A stretch of 64,000 bases of DNA, taken from NCBI GenBank assembly GCA_963674965.2, contig CAXXFL010000007.1, positions 352,001 to 416,000 on the forward strand. The letters run 5' to 3'. The number at the start of each line of letters is the position of its first letter. Within the stretch, counting starts at the first letter, position 1. Below are positions 27,282 through 37,676 of this stretch, piece after piece. The DNA comes from a bacterium. GTDB lineage: Bacteria > RBG-13-61-14 > DATKZS01. The position numbers and the translations under genes are program-made. The notes beneath the pieces were generated by a model. The model searched no databases, was not told the DNA's origin, and saw only the letters and a program-made list of their open reading frames with translations.

Positions 27282-28982
27282 TTAGTCCGCCGCGGTCGAG
27301 CGCAGCACTTCCTCGACCGTCGTGGTTCCCTCGGCGAGCCTCCTTAAGCCGGCCTTCCGAAGGGACAGCATTCCCAGACGCTGGGCCTCGGCCTTGAGCT
27401 CGGACGTGGAGGCCCCGTTTAAAATGAATTCCTTGATCTCGTCGTAAATGTACATGACCTCGGAGAGCGCTATCCTGCCCTTGTATCCGGTTTCCGAGCA
27501 CACGTGGCATCCCTCGCCCTTGTAGCACTGCATCGACTCGGCCTCCTCGGAGCTCAGTCCAAGGTCGATGAGGGCCGAGGGCTCGACGTCGATGGGTATC
27601 TTGCAGTCCTCGTGTATTTTCCTGGCCAGACGCTGCGCCTGGATGATGTTCACGGCGCTGGCCACGAGGAAGGGCTCGACGCCCATGTTAAGAAGCCTGT
27701 TGACCGTTCCCGGCGCGTCGTTGGTGTGGAGGGTGGAGAGGACCAAGTGGCCGGTAAGGGCCGCCTTGACCGCTATCTCGGCCGTCTCGAAGTCTCGAAT
27801 CTCTCCCACCATGATGATGTCCGGGTCCTGCCGGAGGAAGGACCGGAGGGCGGCGGCGAAGTTAAGTCCGATCTCCTCCTTCATTTGCACCTGGTTGATG
27901 CCCATGAGGTTGAACTCGACCGGGTCCTCGGCGGTGGAGATGTTGGTCGTCGTCTTGTTGAGGTCCGAAAGAGCTGAGTAAAGCGTGGTCGTCTTTCCCG
28001 ACCCCGTGGGCCCCGTGACCAGGACCATGCCGTAGGGCTGGTGGATGGCCTTGAGAAACAGGTCCAACTGCTCGGGAAAGAAGCCCAGCTTGGTCATGTC
28101 GAGTTGGAGGTTGGACTTGTCCAAAAGCCGGCAGACCACCTTCTCGCCGAAGAGGGTGGGAAGGACCGAGACGCGGTAGTCCATTTCCTTTCCCTTGCCC
28201 AGCTTGATCTTGATGCGGCCGTCCTGGGGAAGACGCCTCTCGGCGATGTCCAGGTTGCTCATGATTTTTATCCTGGCCACGATGGGGTTCTTCAACTTCA
28301 TGGGGGGCTTCATCACCTCGTAGAGGACCCCGTCAATGCGGTAGCGCACCCTGAAGCTCTTCTCGTAGGGCTCGACGTGAATATCGGAGGCGTTCTTTTT
28401 GATGGCGTCGGTGAGAATCAGGTTGACCAGCCTGATGACGGGGGCGTCGTCGGACGCCCTCTCCAGGTCGTTGATATTGACGTCGTCCTCGTCGTCGTCG
28501 CCCAGGGCGATGTCCAGGTCCTCGAAGTCTCCCAGCATGTCGTCGAGACTTTCGGATGATTGCGAGTAATATCCCTCGATGGCGTCGTTGATGGTATTCT
28601 CGGGGGCAACCACCACCTCGACCTTGTAGCCGGTCAGAAACTCGATGTCGCTGATGGCGAACATGTTCGAGGGATCGGCCATGGCCACCACCAATGTGCT
28701 CCCCGCCCGGTTGATCGGGATCAGCATGTGCTTCTTGGCCTGTTCTTCAGGGACGAGCTTGATAACTTCCTGGTCGATCTCGAACTCCGCCAGATTGATG
28801 GAGGGCACCCCGAACTGCTTGCTTAAAAAATCGGCCAACTCCTCTTCTTTAAGAAAGCCCAGGCGAGTCAGGTTCGCCCCCAGACGGCCTCCCCGCTTCT
28901 TTTGTTCCTCCAGCGCCTGCTGGAGCTCAGCCGGCGTAATCAGGTTCTCCCTGACTAACAACTCCCCCAATTTTTGGGCCAT
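27282..28982 (-). CDS. pilB: Type IV pilus assembly ATPase PilB with N-terminal MshEN domain
   Basis: KLGELLV...RLGANL tandem MshEN motifs; RLPQDGR, GPTGSGKTTT, Cys tetrad. Confidence 0.96.
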   Translation of the reverse strand: MAQKLGELLVRENLITPAELQQALEEQKKRGGRLGANLTRLGFLKEEELADFLSKQFGVPSINLAEFEIDQEVIKLVPEEQAKKHMLIPINRAGSTLVVAMADPSNMFAISDIEFLTGYKVEVVVAPENTINDAIEGYYSQSSESLDDMLGDFEDLDIALGDDDEDDVNINDLERASDDAPVIRLVNLILTDAIKKNASDIHVEPYEKSFRVRYRIDGVLYEVMKPPMKLKNPIVARIKIMSNLDIAERRLPQDGRIKIKLGKGKEMDYRVSVLPTLFGEKVVCRLLDKSNLQLDMTKLGFFPEQLDLFLKAIHQPYGMVLVTGPTGSGKTTTLYSALSDLNKTTTNISTAEDPVEFNLMGINQVQMKEEIGLNFAAALRSFLRQDPDIIMVGEIRDFETAEIAVKAALTGHLVLSTLHTNDAPGTVNRLLNMGVEPFLVASAVNIIQAQRLARKIHEDCKIPIDVEPSALIDLGLSSEEAESMQCYKGEGCHVCSETGYKGRIALSEVMYIYDEIKEFILNGASTSELKAEAQRLGMLSLRKAGLRRLAEGTTTVEEVLRSTAAD

Positions 28983-29048
28983 TACATTCCCCCTAAACGA
29001 TTTCAGTTCGCAAGAAACCCATCCTAGGATAATGGTTTCCAGATTATC

Positions 29049-29078
29049 TATTGTAATTAATTATATATAGCCGTGTCA
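29049..29078 (-). promoter_or_regulatory. Putative sigma70 promoter of the pilBTCSR operon
   Basis: Minus strand TTGACA-N18-TACAAT in AT-rich sequence. Confidence 0.5.
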
Positions 29079-29360
29079 AGGCGGTCTTTAATTTGTTTTT
29101 AATAATAACGCCCATAAGCGGCAAAATCGCGATTTCCAACCACTCCCGAAAGGCACTAAGCCCTCCAGGACTCCACTCTTGCAACTCGGAAAATACGCCT
29201 TCCACGTCCGCGTTACTAAACGAGAGCGGCCGCCGCCGACCTCAAGGTCCTTAAACGACTCGAGCTATGCTGGCTCGATCTTTCGTTAACGCTTATTAGA
29301 TGATTTCAGTTCCAATAGGGATTCTACATTGAGGAAGCGTTTTGTTCCCCCCGACAATAA

Positions 29361-30629
29361 CTACGGGGAGCGGCCATCTCCATTCGCCTTTTCCTTATCC
29401 TCCTCAACTAGCACCTCAGTGATGGTCCTTTCGTTAGATTCCGAGATCGTGAAAACCAAATCCTTGTACCTTACGCGCTCGTCCTTGCGGGGAACGCGGC
29501 GGAAAAGGCTAAGCAGGAACCCGCCCATGGTTTCGTAATTGCCCTCGGGCAGGTCCCAGCCGAAAAGCTCGTTCAGGTCCCAGATCTCCATGCGGGCGCT
29601 GATGACCAGGCGCCCGTCCTCGAGACGTCGGTAAAGCACCACGTGGTCGTCGTGCTCATCCTCGATTTCACCGACGATTTCCTCGACTACGTCCTCCCTG
29701 GTTATTACCCCGACGCATCCGCCGAACTCGTCGACCACCACGGCGAAATCGTAAGAATCGCGGCGCATTGACATCAGCAGTTCATCTATCGGTTTATTGT
29801 AAGGAACGTATCTTGCCGATTTTATTATTTGCGAGATACTCGCCGACCGATCCTCCAGGTCGAGAAGGTCCCTGGTGCGAAGCACGCCGGTAACGTTGTC
29901 CACCCGGTCCCGAAAAGCCGGGTATCTGCTGTACATTCCGTTCGAGACCCGCCGCAGGGCCTCCCCCGCCGTGGCCGACTCGGAGATGGCCTCGACTTCT
30001 ATTAAAGGAATCATGACGTCCTCGACCACCGTCTCGTTAAAGGCGAATATCCTGTCGATTAAATGCCGGTCATCCTCGCTGAACGCGATCTGAGCGCTGG
30101 GGTCGGTGAGCATTATTTTCAACTCGTCCCTCGTGTACCACAGGGCGTCCAGGTTCCTGCCCCCGCTCAGGACGGCCTTTAAGAGAAGCGAAAGGACCGT
30201 CAAGGGAAGAACGACGGGAAAGAGGAGGAAAAGAAATATCCGCAGGGCCGAGAGCATGGGAAGAGCAAGGTCGTTGGCTCGCGGACGAGCGTACACCTTG
30301 GGCAGCACGTTGCCGAAAAGAATAAACAGAGGCCATGCCCCGGCTAAAGCGGCCGCCGGCCCCCATGGTCCCAGCCTGGCGCTCAGCCAGATGAAGGAGG
30401 GGATAACCGCCAGCACGACGCACAGGGTGGACCCGACGATGGTGGTGGCTAAAAACCACTGAGGCCTTTTGAGAAATCCCTCCGTGAGCGGCCGGGGGGA
30501 GCGCTCGGTCTCGGCCCTCCTTACGATAAGGGCCCAGTCCGCCGATAATATAGCTATTTCCGCCCCCGCGAAAAAGGAGGAGAAAAGCAGGCAAAAGAAC
30601 ACGAGCGCGGCTACCTCGAGGCCGCTCAT
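29361..30629 (-). CDS. CNNM/CorB (hemolysin-family) protein: DUF21, CBS pair, CorC domain
   Basis: FFAGAEIA, YSRYP, VVDEFGG, EEIVGEIEDE, YETMGG. Confidence 0.88.
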   Translation of the reverse strand: MSGLEVAALVFFCLLFSSFFAGAEIAILSADWALIVRRAETERSPRPLTEGFLKRPQWFLATTIVGSTLCVVLAVIPSFIWLSARLGPWGPAAALAGAWPLFILFGNVLPKVYARPRANDLALPMLSALRIFLFLLFPVVLPLTVLSLLLKAVLSGGRNLDALWYTRDELKIMLTDPSAQIAFSEDDRHLIDRIFAFNETVVEDVMIPLIEVEAISESATAGEALRRVSNGMYSRYPAFRDRVDNVTGVLRTRDLLDLEDRSASISQIIKSARYVPYNKPIDELLMSMRRDSYDFAVVVDEFGGCVGVITREDVVEEIVGEIEDEHDDHVVLYRRLEDGRLVISARMEIWDLNELFGWDLPEGNYETMGGFLLSLFRRVPRKDERVRYKDLVFTISESNERTITEVLVEEDKEKANGDGRSP

Positions 30630-31912
30630 TGGCCTGGCCCCCTTTTTATTTCGATTTTATTGACGATGATCCCCTTGGCCTCGACTATTTTGAAGACCAG
30701 GCCCTCGATGGTCACTTCCTGGCCGGGCCGCGGCCTTTTTCCCAGCCTGGATATGACCAGCCCCGCCAGGGTGGCGTTGCCGTTCGCGGGAAGCGAGGCC
30801 CCCGTCCTGGCGTTGAATTCCTCCACGTCCATGCTTCCAAGCGCCATCCAATGGCTGTCGCCCAAGTTCAAGAGCTCGGGCTGGCCCGAGTGGGCCACCT
30901 CGCCGAATATCTCCTCGAGCACGTCCTCCAACGTGACCAGGCCGGCAAGGGCGCCGAACTCGTCCATCACGAAGGCGATGTGGGTCCTCTCCCGCCTGAA
31001 ATCCACCAAGAGGTCGCGAACGCGGCGGCTCTCGGGGGCGAAAAGAGGGATCCGCGTTACGTCCCTCAAGGTCAAGGGATGATCGGAGTCCTCGGAAAGC
31101 TTGAGACGGATAAGGTCCTTGGCCGTGACCACTCCCACTATCTCGTCCCGGTCGTTCTCGAAAACGGGGTACCTGGTATAGCCCTCCTCCCGCAGGACAC
31201 GGCGAGCCTCGTCCGCGCCCGAGGAGACCCGGATGGCCTTGATCTCGTGGCGGGGAGTCATCACGTCAAAGGCCGTCTTGTCACCGGAGGAAATTATGTT
31301 GGCCAACAGCTCCCGCTCGGTCAGGTCGAGAAGGCCCTCTCGTGACCCCTCCTCCACGATCCGCCTGATGTCATCCTCCTCCAGCACTTCAGCGGCCCCT
31401 GAGGGAACGCCAAGCGCAAGAAGAAACAATTCCGACCCCTTGAGGAAGGCCCATCGTAATGGAAAAAACAGGCGAGAGAAAAAAAAGACGGGATAGGAAA
31501 AAACCGGGGCCAGGGCGCTGGAAAAATAAACCCCCAGGGCCTTGGGCAGCGTCTGAGCGAAAACGAGAATCAATATCGTCGACGCGGCCATGGCGGAAAC
31601 GAGGGGGGCCGCCCCCTCGCTCACGGCCCCGCCCCAGGAAAAGGCTTTTTCCGGAAAACGAGCGACGTAAACCCAGGCGATGAGAATAACGCAGGCCAGG
31701 TCCGCCGTTTCGCTGCCCAGCGCCAGGGTGGCCAAAAGCCGGCGGGGATGGTCGAGCAGGGCCTTTATTAACGAGGCCGACCTTTTGCCCGAGCTTTCGA
31801 GTTTGGCCAGCCTGGCCGAGTTAAGCGAGAAGAGCGCGGCCTCGGCGGCGGAGAAAAATCCGCTGATAAACACCAGCGCGGCGACGATCGCCCACGCGGC
31901 CGGCCAGCTCAT
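30626..31912 (-). CDS. Second CNNM/CorB (hemolysin-family) protein
   Basis: FFSAAEAALFS, VMTPR, YTRYPV, DEFG..GLVTLEDVLEEIFGE. Confidence 0.88.
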   Translation of the reverse strand: MSWPAAWAIVAALVFISGFFSAAEAALFSLNSARLAKLESSGKRSASLIKALLDHPRRLLATLALGSETADLACVILIAWVYVARFPEKAFSWGGAVSEGAAPLVSAMAASTILILVFAQTLPKALGVYFSSALAPVFSYPVFFFSRLFFPLRWAFLKGSELFLLALGVPSGAAEVLEEDDIRRIVEEGSREGLLDLTERELLANIISSGDKTAFDVMTPRHEIKAIRVSSGADEARRVLREEGYTRYPVFENDRDEIVGVVTAKDLIRLKLSEDSDHPLTLRDVTRIPLFAPESRRVRDLLVDFRRERTHIAFVMDEFGALAGLVTLEDVLEEIFGEVAHSGQPELLNLGDSHWMALGSMDVEEFNARTGASLPANGNATLAGLVISRLGKRPRPGQEVTIEGLVFKIVEAKGIIVNKIEIKRGPGQ

Positions 31913-33000
31913 TTGGACGCCCCCCCCGCCTCGGGCTCGAAATGCATGAAGATGGGGCGAGGCGGCTCGATTTCCTCGCCCTTACCGTTTAGTATCCTGA
32001 CCCCTTCCCCACCCGTGATCTCCCCGATCCTGGTTATCCGGGTACCCAGGCTCGACGATATTTTAGCGACGGCCTTCTCCGCGGATAATGGAGCGGTGAA
32101 TAATAGCTCGTAATCCTCGCCGCCCGTCAGCGCGGCGGCCAGGGCTTTTTCCCCGAGTCGATCCCTTACGTGAAAATATTCCTTGAAAGCGTCGGACAAG
32201 GGAAGGGAATCCGCGTAAACGTTGACGCCGACCCGGCGGGACTCCTCCGCTATCCGCGCCACGTCGTGGAACAGGCCGTCCGACACGTCGATCATCGAGG
32301 TGGCCGGACCGGCCAGGGCCTTTCCCTCCTCCACCCTGGCGGGAGGGTCCAGATGCCTGAGCAGAGGACCGCCAAGCTTGTCGGTCCCGACCATATCCTC
32401 CGTTACGGGAGCGGGGATTTCCATTAGCCGGATAAAGCCAAGGGCCGAGTCGCCCACGGTCCCCGTCACGAAAAGCCCGTCGCCCGGCCTCGCCCCGGAG
32501 CGGTAAACGGGAGAAGACTTCGCGGCCGATCCCATGGCGGTGATCGAGATTACCATTTTTTCCGACCGGCACGTGTCGCCGCCCGCAAGGGAAACGCCAA
32601 GGTCCAGGGCCCGTTCCATGACCCCCTCCAGAAAAAGCTCCAGGTCTCGTTGGGGGTAGCTCGGCGGAAGGCCCGCCGCCAGGAAGATGAACCTCGGGTC
32701 GCAGCCCATGGCCGAAAGGTCCGAGACGTTCACGGCCACGGATTTCCGGCCGAGAAGGCGGGGCGGGGTTCGATCGAGCTTGAAATGGACGTCCTCGATG
32801 AGAAGGTCGGTGGTGACGACCGTTTTTCCGTCCCCGGCCAACACGGCGGCGTCGTCCCCAATGCCCCTGATAAGGAAGGGATCGGGCCTCCCGGCGGCCA
32901 GCCGGGCCATGGAGACAATGCCCGACTCGCCAAGCGCCGCGATGGAACGCGTTCGGTCGGGGCCGGTACGGGAACCAGGGTCCTCGTCGCTATTCATCAT
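31909..33000 (-). CDS. thiL: Thiamine-monophosphate kinase
   Basis: GIGDDAA, NVSDLSAMG, GGDT, DVSDGL, GGEDYELLFT. Confidence 0.93.
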   Translation of the reverse strand: MMNSDEDPGSRTGPDRTRSIAALGESGIVSMARLAAGRPDPFLIRGIGDDAAVLAGDGKTVVTTDLLIEDVHFKLDRTPPRLLGRKSVAVNVSDLSAMGCDPRFIFLAAGLPPSYPQRDLELFLEGVMERALDLGVSLAGGDTCRSEKMVISITAMGSAAKSSPVYRSGARPGDGLFVTGTVGDSALGFIRLMEIPAPVTEDMVGTDKLGGPLLRHLDPPARVEEGKALAGPATSMIDVSDGLFHDVARIAEESRRVGVNVYADSLPLSDAFKEYFHVRDRLGEKALAAALTGGEDYELLFTAPLSAEKAVAKISSSLGTRITRIGEITGGEGVRILNGKGEEIEPPRPIFMHFEPEAGGASK

Positions 33001-33143
33001 TTTCCGTGGAATTCATTTTCCGATAAGACACGAGCCATAAAACCCTACCGTTAATTGTAAGCACATCGAGGGGTTAAAATCAACGAGCAAGGCCGGAAAT
33101 CGAGAGGGCGGGGAAATTTCCCCCGCCCCCGACCTTTTGCGCG

Positions 33144-35729
33144 TCAACTTCTTCGCGAGGAAGATTTTTTCGTTCCAGCCGCGACCTTTTTCTTGCCCGA
33201 TATTTTGACGCCGGCTTTTTTAGCGGCTTTTTTCTTTTTGGACGCCTTTTCCGCCGGTTTTTTCGCATTGGCCTTGCCCGCCGACTTCTTCTTGCCGGGC
33301 GCCCCGCCGACCAGGGCGGCCTCGAGCACGTCGTCCACGGTCCTGGCGAAGATAAAGTTGATCTGTTTTCTCAGTTCCTCGGGGATGTCCTCGAGGTCCT
33401 TCTTGTTCCTTTCCGGGGCGATGATGTTGGTGATGTTGTTACGGAGGGCCGCCAGCGACTTCTCCTTCAGCCCGCCGATGGGCAGGACCCTTCCCCTCAG
33501 GGTTATCTCTCCGGTCATGGCCACGTCCTTGCGGATGGGCCTGGCGCTCATGGCGCTTATAAGGGAGGTGGCCATGGTGACCCCCGCCGAGGGCCCATCC
33601 TTGGGGATGGCCCCCGCGGGCACGTGGACGTGGACCGAGTGCTTGTCGAAAAAGTCGTCGGGCTTGCCGAAGTCGGCCAGTTTCCTCTTGGCGTAGCTGA
33701 GCGCGGCCTGGGCCGACTCCCGCATAACGTCCCCCAGGTGTCCGGTCAGGGTCAGGGATTTGGCCCCCTTGGTGATGCTGGACTCGACCATCAGAATCTC
33801 GCCGCCCGTGGCGGTCCAGGCCAGTCCCGTGGCCACTCCCACCTCGTCGGTATCCAGTTCCTCCTCCCCCAGGAAGCGGGGAACGCCCAGGTAGCTGGAG
33901 ACGCCGTCCGCGTCGATTATCTTCTTTTTCTTCTCGCCCTCGGCCACCTTCCTGGCGACCTTGCGGGACACGTTGCCTATCTCCCGCTCGAGGTTTCGAA
34001 GCCCGGCCTCCCTGGTGTACTGCTCGATGATGGTCCTGATCCCGGCGTCGGTGAACTCGACGTCCTTTTTGGTGATCCCGTTTTCCTTGGTCTGCTTGGG
34101 AATAAGGTACCGCTTGGCGATATGCACCTTCTCCTCGAGGATATAGCCCGGAAGCTCGAGGAACTCCATCCTGTCGCGCAGAGCGCTGGGGATGGGATCG
34201 GCCAGGTTGGCCGTGGTGATGAACATGACCTTGGACAGGTCGAAGGGCAGGTTCACGTAGTGGTCCCGGAAGGAGTTGTTCTGCTCGGGATCGAGCACCT
34301 CGAGGAGCGCCGAGCTGGGATCGCCCCTGAAGTCGGAGCCCAGCTTGTCGATCTCGTCGAGCATGAACACGGGGTTGTTCGAGCCGGCCGTCTTCATGCC
34401 CTGGATGATGCGCCCGGGCAAAGCCCCCACGTAGGTGCGGCGGTGCCCCCTGATCTCGGCCTCGTCCCGGACCCCGCCCAGGCTCATGCGGATGAACTCC
34501 CGGCCCATGGCGCGGGCGATGCTGCGTCCCAGGCTGGTCTTGCCCACGCCCGGAGGCCCCACGAAGCAAAGGATGGGGCCCTTCATGTCCTTGTTGAGTT
34601 TCCTGACCGCCAGGTACTCGAGTATCCTTTCCTTGACCTTGTCGAGGTCATAGTGGTCCTCGTCCAGTATCTTCTTGGCCTTCTTTAAATCGAGCCTGTC
34701 CTTGGTGCTTGTAGACCAGGGAAGCTCGACCAGCCACTCGAGGTAACTCCGGACCTGCCCCGCCTCGATGGCCTCGGAGTGCATCATCTCGAGTTTCTTA
34801 AGCTGCTTTAACGCCTCCTTTTCCACCTCCTCGGGCATCTTGGACTTGGCGATCTTTTCCTTGAGTTCCTCTATCTCGGCCGCCTTCTCGTCCACCTCGC
34901 CCAGCTCCTGCTGAATCTGCCGGAGCTGCTCCCGCAGGTAATATTCCTTCTGGGTCTTGTTCATTTCCTCCTTGGCCTGGTTTTGAATCTGGGCCTGGAC
35001 CTCGATCAGCTCGAGTTCCTTTTGCACCAGTTCGTTGACTCTTCTCAGCCTGCTCACGGGATCGATCATCTCGAGGAGGGACTCGGCGTCCTTGACCCCG
35101 AGCCCCATGTTTGCGGCCACCAGGTCGGCGAAGCGGCCCGGGTCGGTGAGGCTTTCGAGGACCATGACCAGGTCGGGTGGAATCATCTTTCCGAACTGGA
35201 TGATCTTGTCCAGGCTCTCCCTGATGTTACGCATGAGGGCCTCGACCTCGAGGGTCGCCTCGGTTGGTCCCTCCTCCTGGACCTCGACCTGGACCGAGTA
35301 ATGGGGGTCCGTCTTCGAGTATTGAACGATCTTGCCCCGGGCCAGGCCCTGGACCAGTATCTTCACTCTCCCGTCCGGGAGCTTGAGCATGCGCATGATC
35401 ATGGCCACCGTGCCCATGTCGAAAATGTCGTCGGGGGCGGGGTCCTCCTGGGCCACCTCCCGCTGGGAGGCCAGGAGGATGATCCTGTCCCTGGAGAGGG
35501 CCTCGTTGACCGCGTTGACCGAGTTCTCCCGGCCCACGAAAAGAGGAAGTATCATAAAGGGAAAAATAACCACGTCCCTCACCGGCAATAGCGGCATCTC
35601 CGTGGGTATCTTGAGCTGCTGAGGCTCGGCTGGAATGCGGGGGTCTGGGTCCTCGCCTCCCGTCCCTTCGCCGGGTTTTATCTGCTCGACTTTAATCTCG
35701 TCATTATTATTGTTGTTATTATCTTCCAT
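33144..35729 (-). CDS. lon: ATP-dependent protease Lon (LonA) with Lys/Ala-rich C-terminal tail
   Basis: LON-N domain, GPPGVGKTS, RRTYVGA, PKDGPSAG catalytic Ser, GGLKEK. Confidence 0.97.
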   Translation of the reverse strand: MEDNNNNNNDEIKVEQIKPGEGTGGEDPDPRIPAEPQQLKIPTEMPLLPVRDVVIFPFMILPLFVGRENSVNAVNEALSRDRIILLASQREVAQEDPAPDDIFDMGTVAMIMRMLKLPDGRVKILVQGLARGKIVQYSKTDPHYSVQVEVQEEGPTEATLEVEALMRNIRESLDKIIQFGKMIPPDLVMVLESLTDPGRFADLVAANMGLGVKDAESLLEMIDPVSRLRRVNELVQKELELIEVQAQIQNQAKEEMNKTQKEYYLREQLRQIQQELGEVDEKAAEIEELKEKIAKSKMPEEVEKEALKQLKKLEMMHSEAIEAGQVRSYLEWLVELPWSTSTKDRLDLKKAKKILDEDHYDLDKVKERILEYLAVRKLNKDMKGPILCFVGPPGVGKTSLGRSIARAMGREFIRMSLGGVRDEAEIRGHRRTYVGALPGRIIQGMKTAGSNNPVFMLDEIDKLGSDFRGDPSSALLEVLDPEQNNSFRDHYVNLPFDLSKVMFITTANLADPIPSALRDRMEFLELPGYILEEKVHIAKRYLIPKQTKENGITKKDVEFTDAGIRTIIEQYTREAGLRNLEREIGNVSRKVARKVAEGEKKKKIIDADGVSSYLGVPRFLGEEELDTDEVGVATGLAWTATGGEILMVESSITKGAKSLTLTGHLGDVMRESAQAALSYAKRKLADFGKPDDFFDKHSVHVHVPAGAIPKDGPSAGVTMATSLISAMSARPIRKDVAMTGEITLRGRVLPIGGLKEKSLAALRNNITNIIAPERNKKDLEDIPEELRKQINFIFARTVDDVLEAALVGGAPGKKKSAGKANAKKPAEKASKKKKAAKKAGVKISGKKKVAAGTKKSSSRRS

Positions 35730-35843
35730 GACCGCCTCCGCGAGTCCGCTGTATTTTCATTTCCCGCCTTAGCTCCAAACCGTTCCTACCTTCTCGTTAT
35801 AGACGCGGGAGGCCCCGGTTCGATTCATTTTTCGGGCCAGGCC

Positions 35844-36299
35844 CTACTCGATCCTGACCCTTCTTTTTTCCTCGGGCTCCTTTTTTTGCGCGTCCACCGT
35901 GATTAATAGTACGCCGTTACGGAACCTGGCCACCGGCGTGGAAGGGTCGAAATGCTCGGGCAGCTTGATGCTCCTTTGAAACCTTCCGAATTTTCGCTCG
36001 ATTTGAAGATAAGAGATACGCTCGCCCCGAGACCCCTCGGCGCGGGCTATATCTCCTTTAATGCCCTCGATGGTAAGGACGTGACCGGTGACGAACACGG
36101 CGATGTTGTCTTTCTTCATGCCCGGAAGCTCGAGCTCGATAGTGAGCTTTCCGCCCTGCTCGTATACGTCCATGGAGGGAAGATAGGCCTCCGTGTCGGC
36201 GCTGGGAAGATTGGCCGACCACATGGCGCGAATTCTTGGGCGGGAACCAATTCCGGACTTCCCTCCCCCTCCGCTTTTCGGATTGTTCGAAGAGCTCAT
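35844..36299 (-). CDS. Hsp20/alpha-crystallin small heat-shock protein (alternative start 36329)
   Basis: MDVYE, ELPG, ERKFGRFQRSIKLP, NGVL, C-terminal V-x-I. Confidence 0.88.
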   Translation of the reverse strand: MSSSNNPKSGGGGKSGIGSRPRIRAMWSANLPSADTEAYLPSMDVYEQGGKLTIELELPGMKKDNIAVFVTGHVLTIEGIKGDIARAEGSRGERISYLQIERKFGRFQRSIKLPEHFDPSTPVARFRNGVLLITVDAQKKEPEEKRRVRIE

Positions 36300-36360
36300 G
36301 ACTTGTCCCTTCCAGCCGGACTGTTTCATCCGTCTCGTAATCTAATTCCGACTATAAGAA

Positions 36361-36389
36361 AATGTAAGCTTTATCGAGCGCGCTGTCAA
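36361..36389 (-). promoter_or_regulatory. Sigma70-type promoter of hsp20-lon
   Basis: Minus strand TTGACA-N17-TACATT; no CIRCE seen. Confidence 0.55.
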
Positions 36390-36513
36390 GGATTTATTGG
36401 GAAAGGTTCGGCGGACTGGGCCATCGCCTTTCGCCACGAAAGAGAAGCGCGCGAATAACGGCTTTAGTAACGGCATGTTAGTACTGATATGCGCCTTTCG
36501 CCGCAAGGAAAAC

Positions 36514-36560
36514 AAAAAAGAAGCGCGAAGGCCAATTTCCGGTTATCAGCCCTCGCGCTC
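36514..36560 (-). terminator. Intrinsic terminator after the CsgG-like gene
   Basis: 16-bp stem GAGCGCGAGGGCTGAT/ATTGGCCTTCGCGCTT followed by a T run. Confidence 0.75.
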
Positions 36561-36604
36561 CTGCATTCTTGTATTTACTAAACGCTTTTAATCACATGGA
36601 TTAT

Positions 36605-37522
36605 TTAAAATGGAAGCCCACCCGTATAGGGCAGCCTGAGGAGCATTCCCTCCGGCTCGGCGATCACCACGTCGCCGGGTTTTACCTCCTCGCAGACTTT
36701 TTTCTTGAGCTTGGCGCTTGACATTTCCGCCTGGACCTCGTTGACCTTGTCCGAGGCTATCTTTTCGTTGTTGGCCAGGGGCTCGCCCGTAACCGGGTGA
36801 GTCATGGTCTCTCCCGCCCTGTAGATGGTGAACTTTCTGCCGGGCTTTATTCCCAGGTCCGATCCGAAATCGATCCAGGCGATCCTGTCCTCGACCTTAA
36901 TGATGTAGCCGGTAAGGGGGAATTCGGCCTGGACCTTGCGATATAGTCCGTCCACCGCGCTTATGGTCGCCCGGTCGATGGCGGGCCCGACGTGGGGGTC
37001 GGTGACGCATACCAGGCTCTGGTTGGGGCTATAGCTTTCCGAGTCGTAACCTACAAGGGTATCGGTCATGGCCACCGACCCCGTCTCGACGTCCACTATC
37101 TTCACGTTCACGCTCACGCTGGCCCTGCCCGCGCAGTTGTGGACGATAACTCCCTTAACGTTGGTCTTGCTCTGCTCGACCGCGTAATCGGCCTTGGTTA
37201 CCGATCCCACCACCACCAGGTTGGCTCCGAGCTTCTTGCCTATCTGGGAGGCCGCCGACTCGCATAACTCCGCCGAGGCGCCGCCCGCGTCCTGGTAGGC
37301 CTTGTCCGCCGCGCCGGAGTCCACCAGGTTGAAGTATTTCAGTTCCGCGAATATGTCCCGCGCGATCTTCGTCGCCTTCGGGCCAAGCCCCTTGCCGGTC
37401 TGGTCGTAAAATCCGGCCACCGCCACCGTACGCTTCTCATGGGCCCGCGCAATCCTCGGCGGGGCCGCCGCGGCCAATACAAAGACCACCGTCATGAAAA
37501 AGGAAAAAAACCTCACCTTCAT
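36605..37522 (-). CDS. Secreted CsgG/HfaB/TolB-N-like protein with FlgT-C-like domain
   Basis: Signal peptide; VAVAGF, IGKKLGANLVVVGSV, VKIVDVETG; IDFGSDLGIKPG...HPVTGE. Confidence 0.7.
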   Translation of the reverse strand: MKVRFFSFFMTVVFVLAAAAPPRIARAHEKRTVAVAGFYDQTGKGLGPKATKIARDIFAELKYFNLVDSGAADKAYQDAGGASAELCESAASQIGKKLGANLVVVGSVTKADYAVEQSKTNVKGVIVHNCAGRASVSVNVKIVDVETGSVAMTDTLVGYDSESYSPNQSLVCVTDPHVGPAIDRATISAVDGLYRKVQAEFPLTGYIIKVEDRIAWIDFGSDLGIKPGRKFTIYRAGETMTHPVTGEPLANNEKIASDKVNEVQAEMSSAKLKKKVCEEVKPGDVVIAEPEGMLLRLPYTGGLPF

Positions 37523-37676
37523 TTTCGTCTCCTCCTTGTGCTGGGTTGCATACTATGATCGAAAAGCCGCGAACCGATTCAATTACAACTTTATCCTTAC
37601 ATTTACACCTCCCCGCCATTTCGCCCGACGCTTTAGCGACGTACTTTTTTGGCCCTAAATCTCCATATCACTATTT

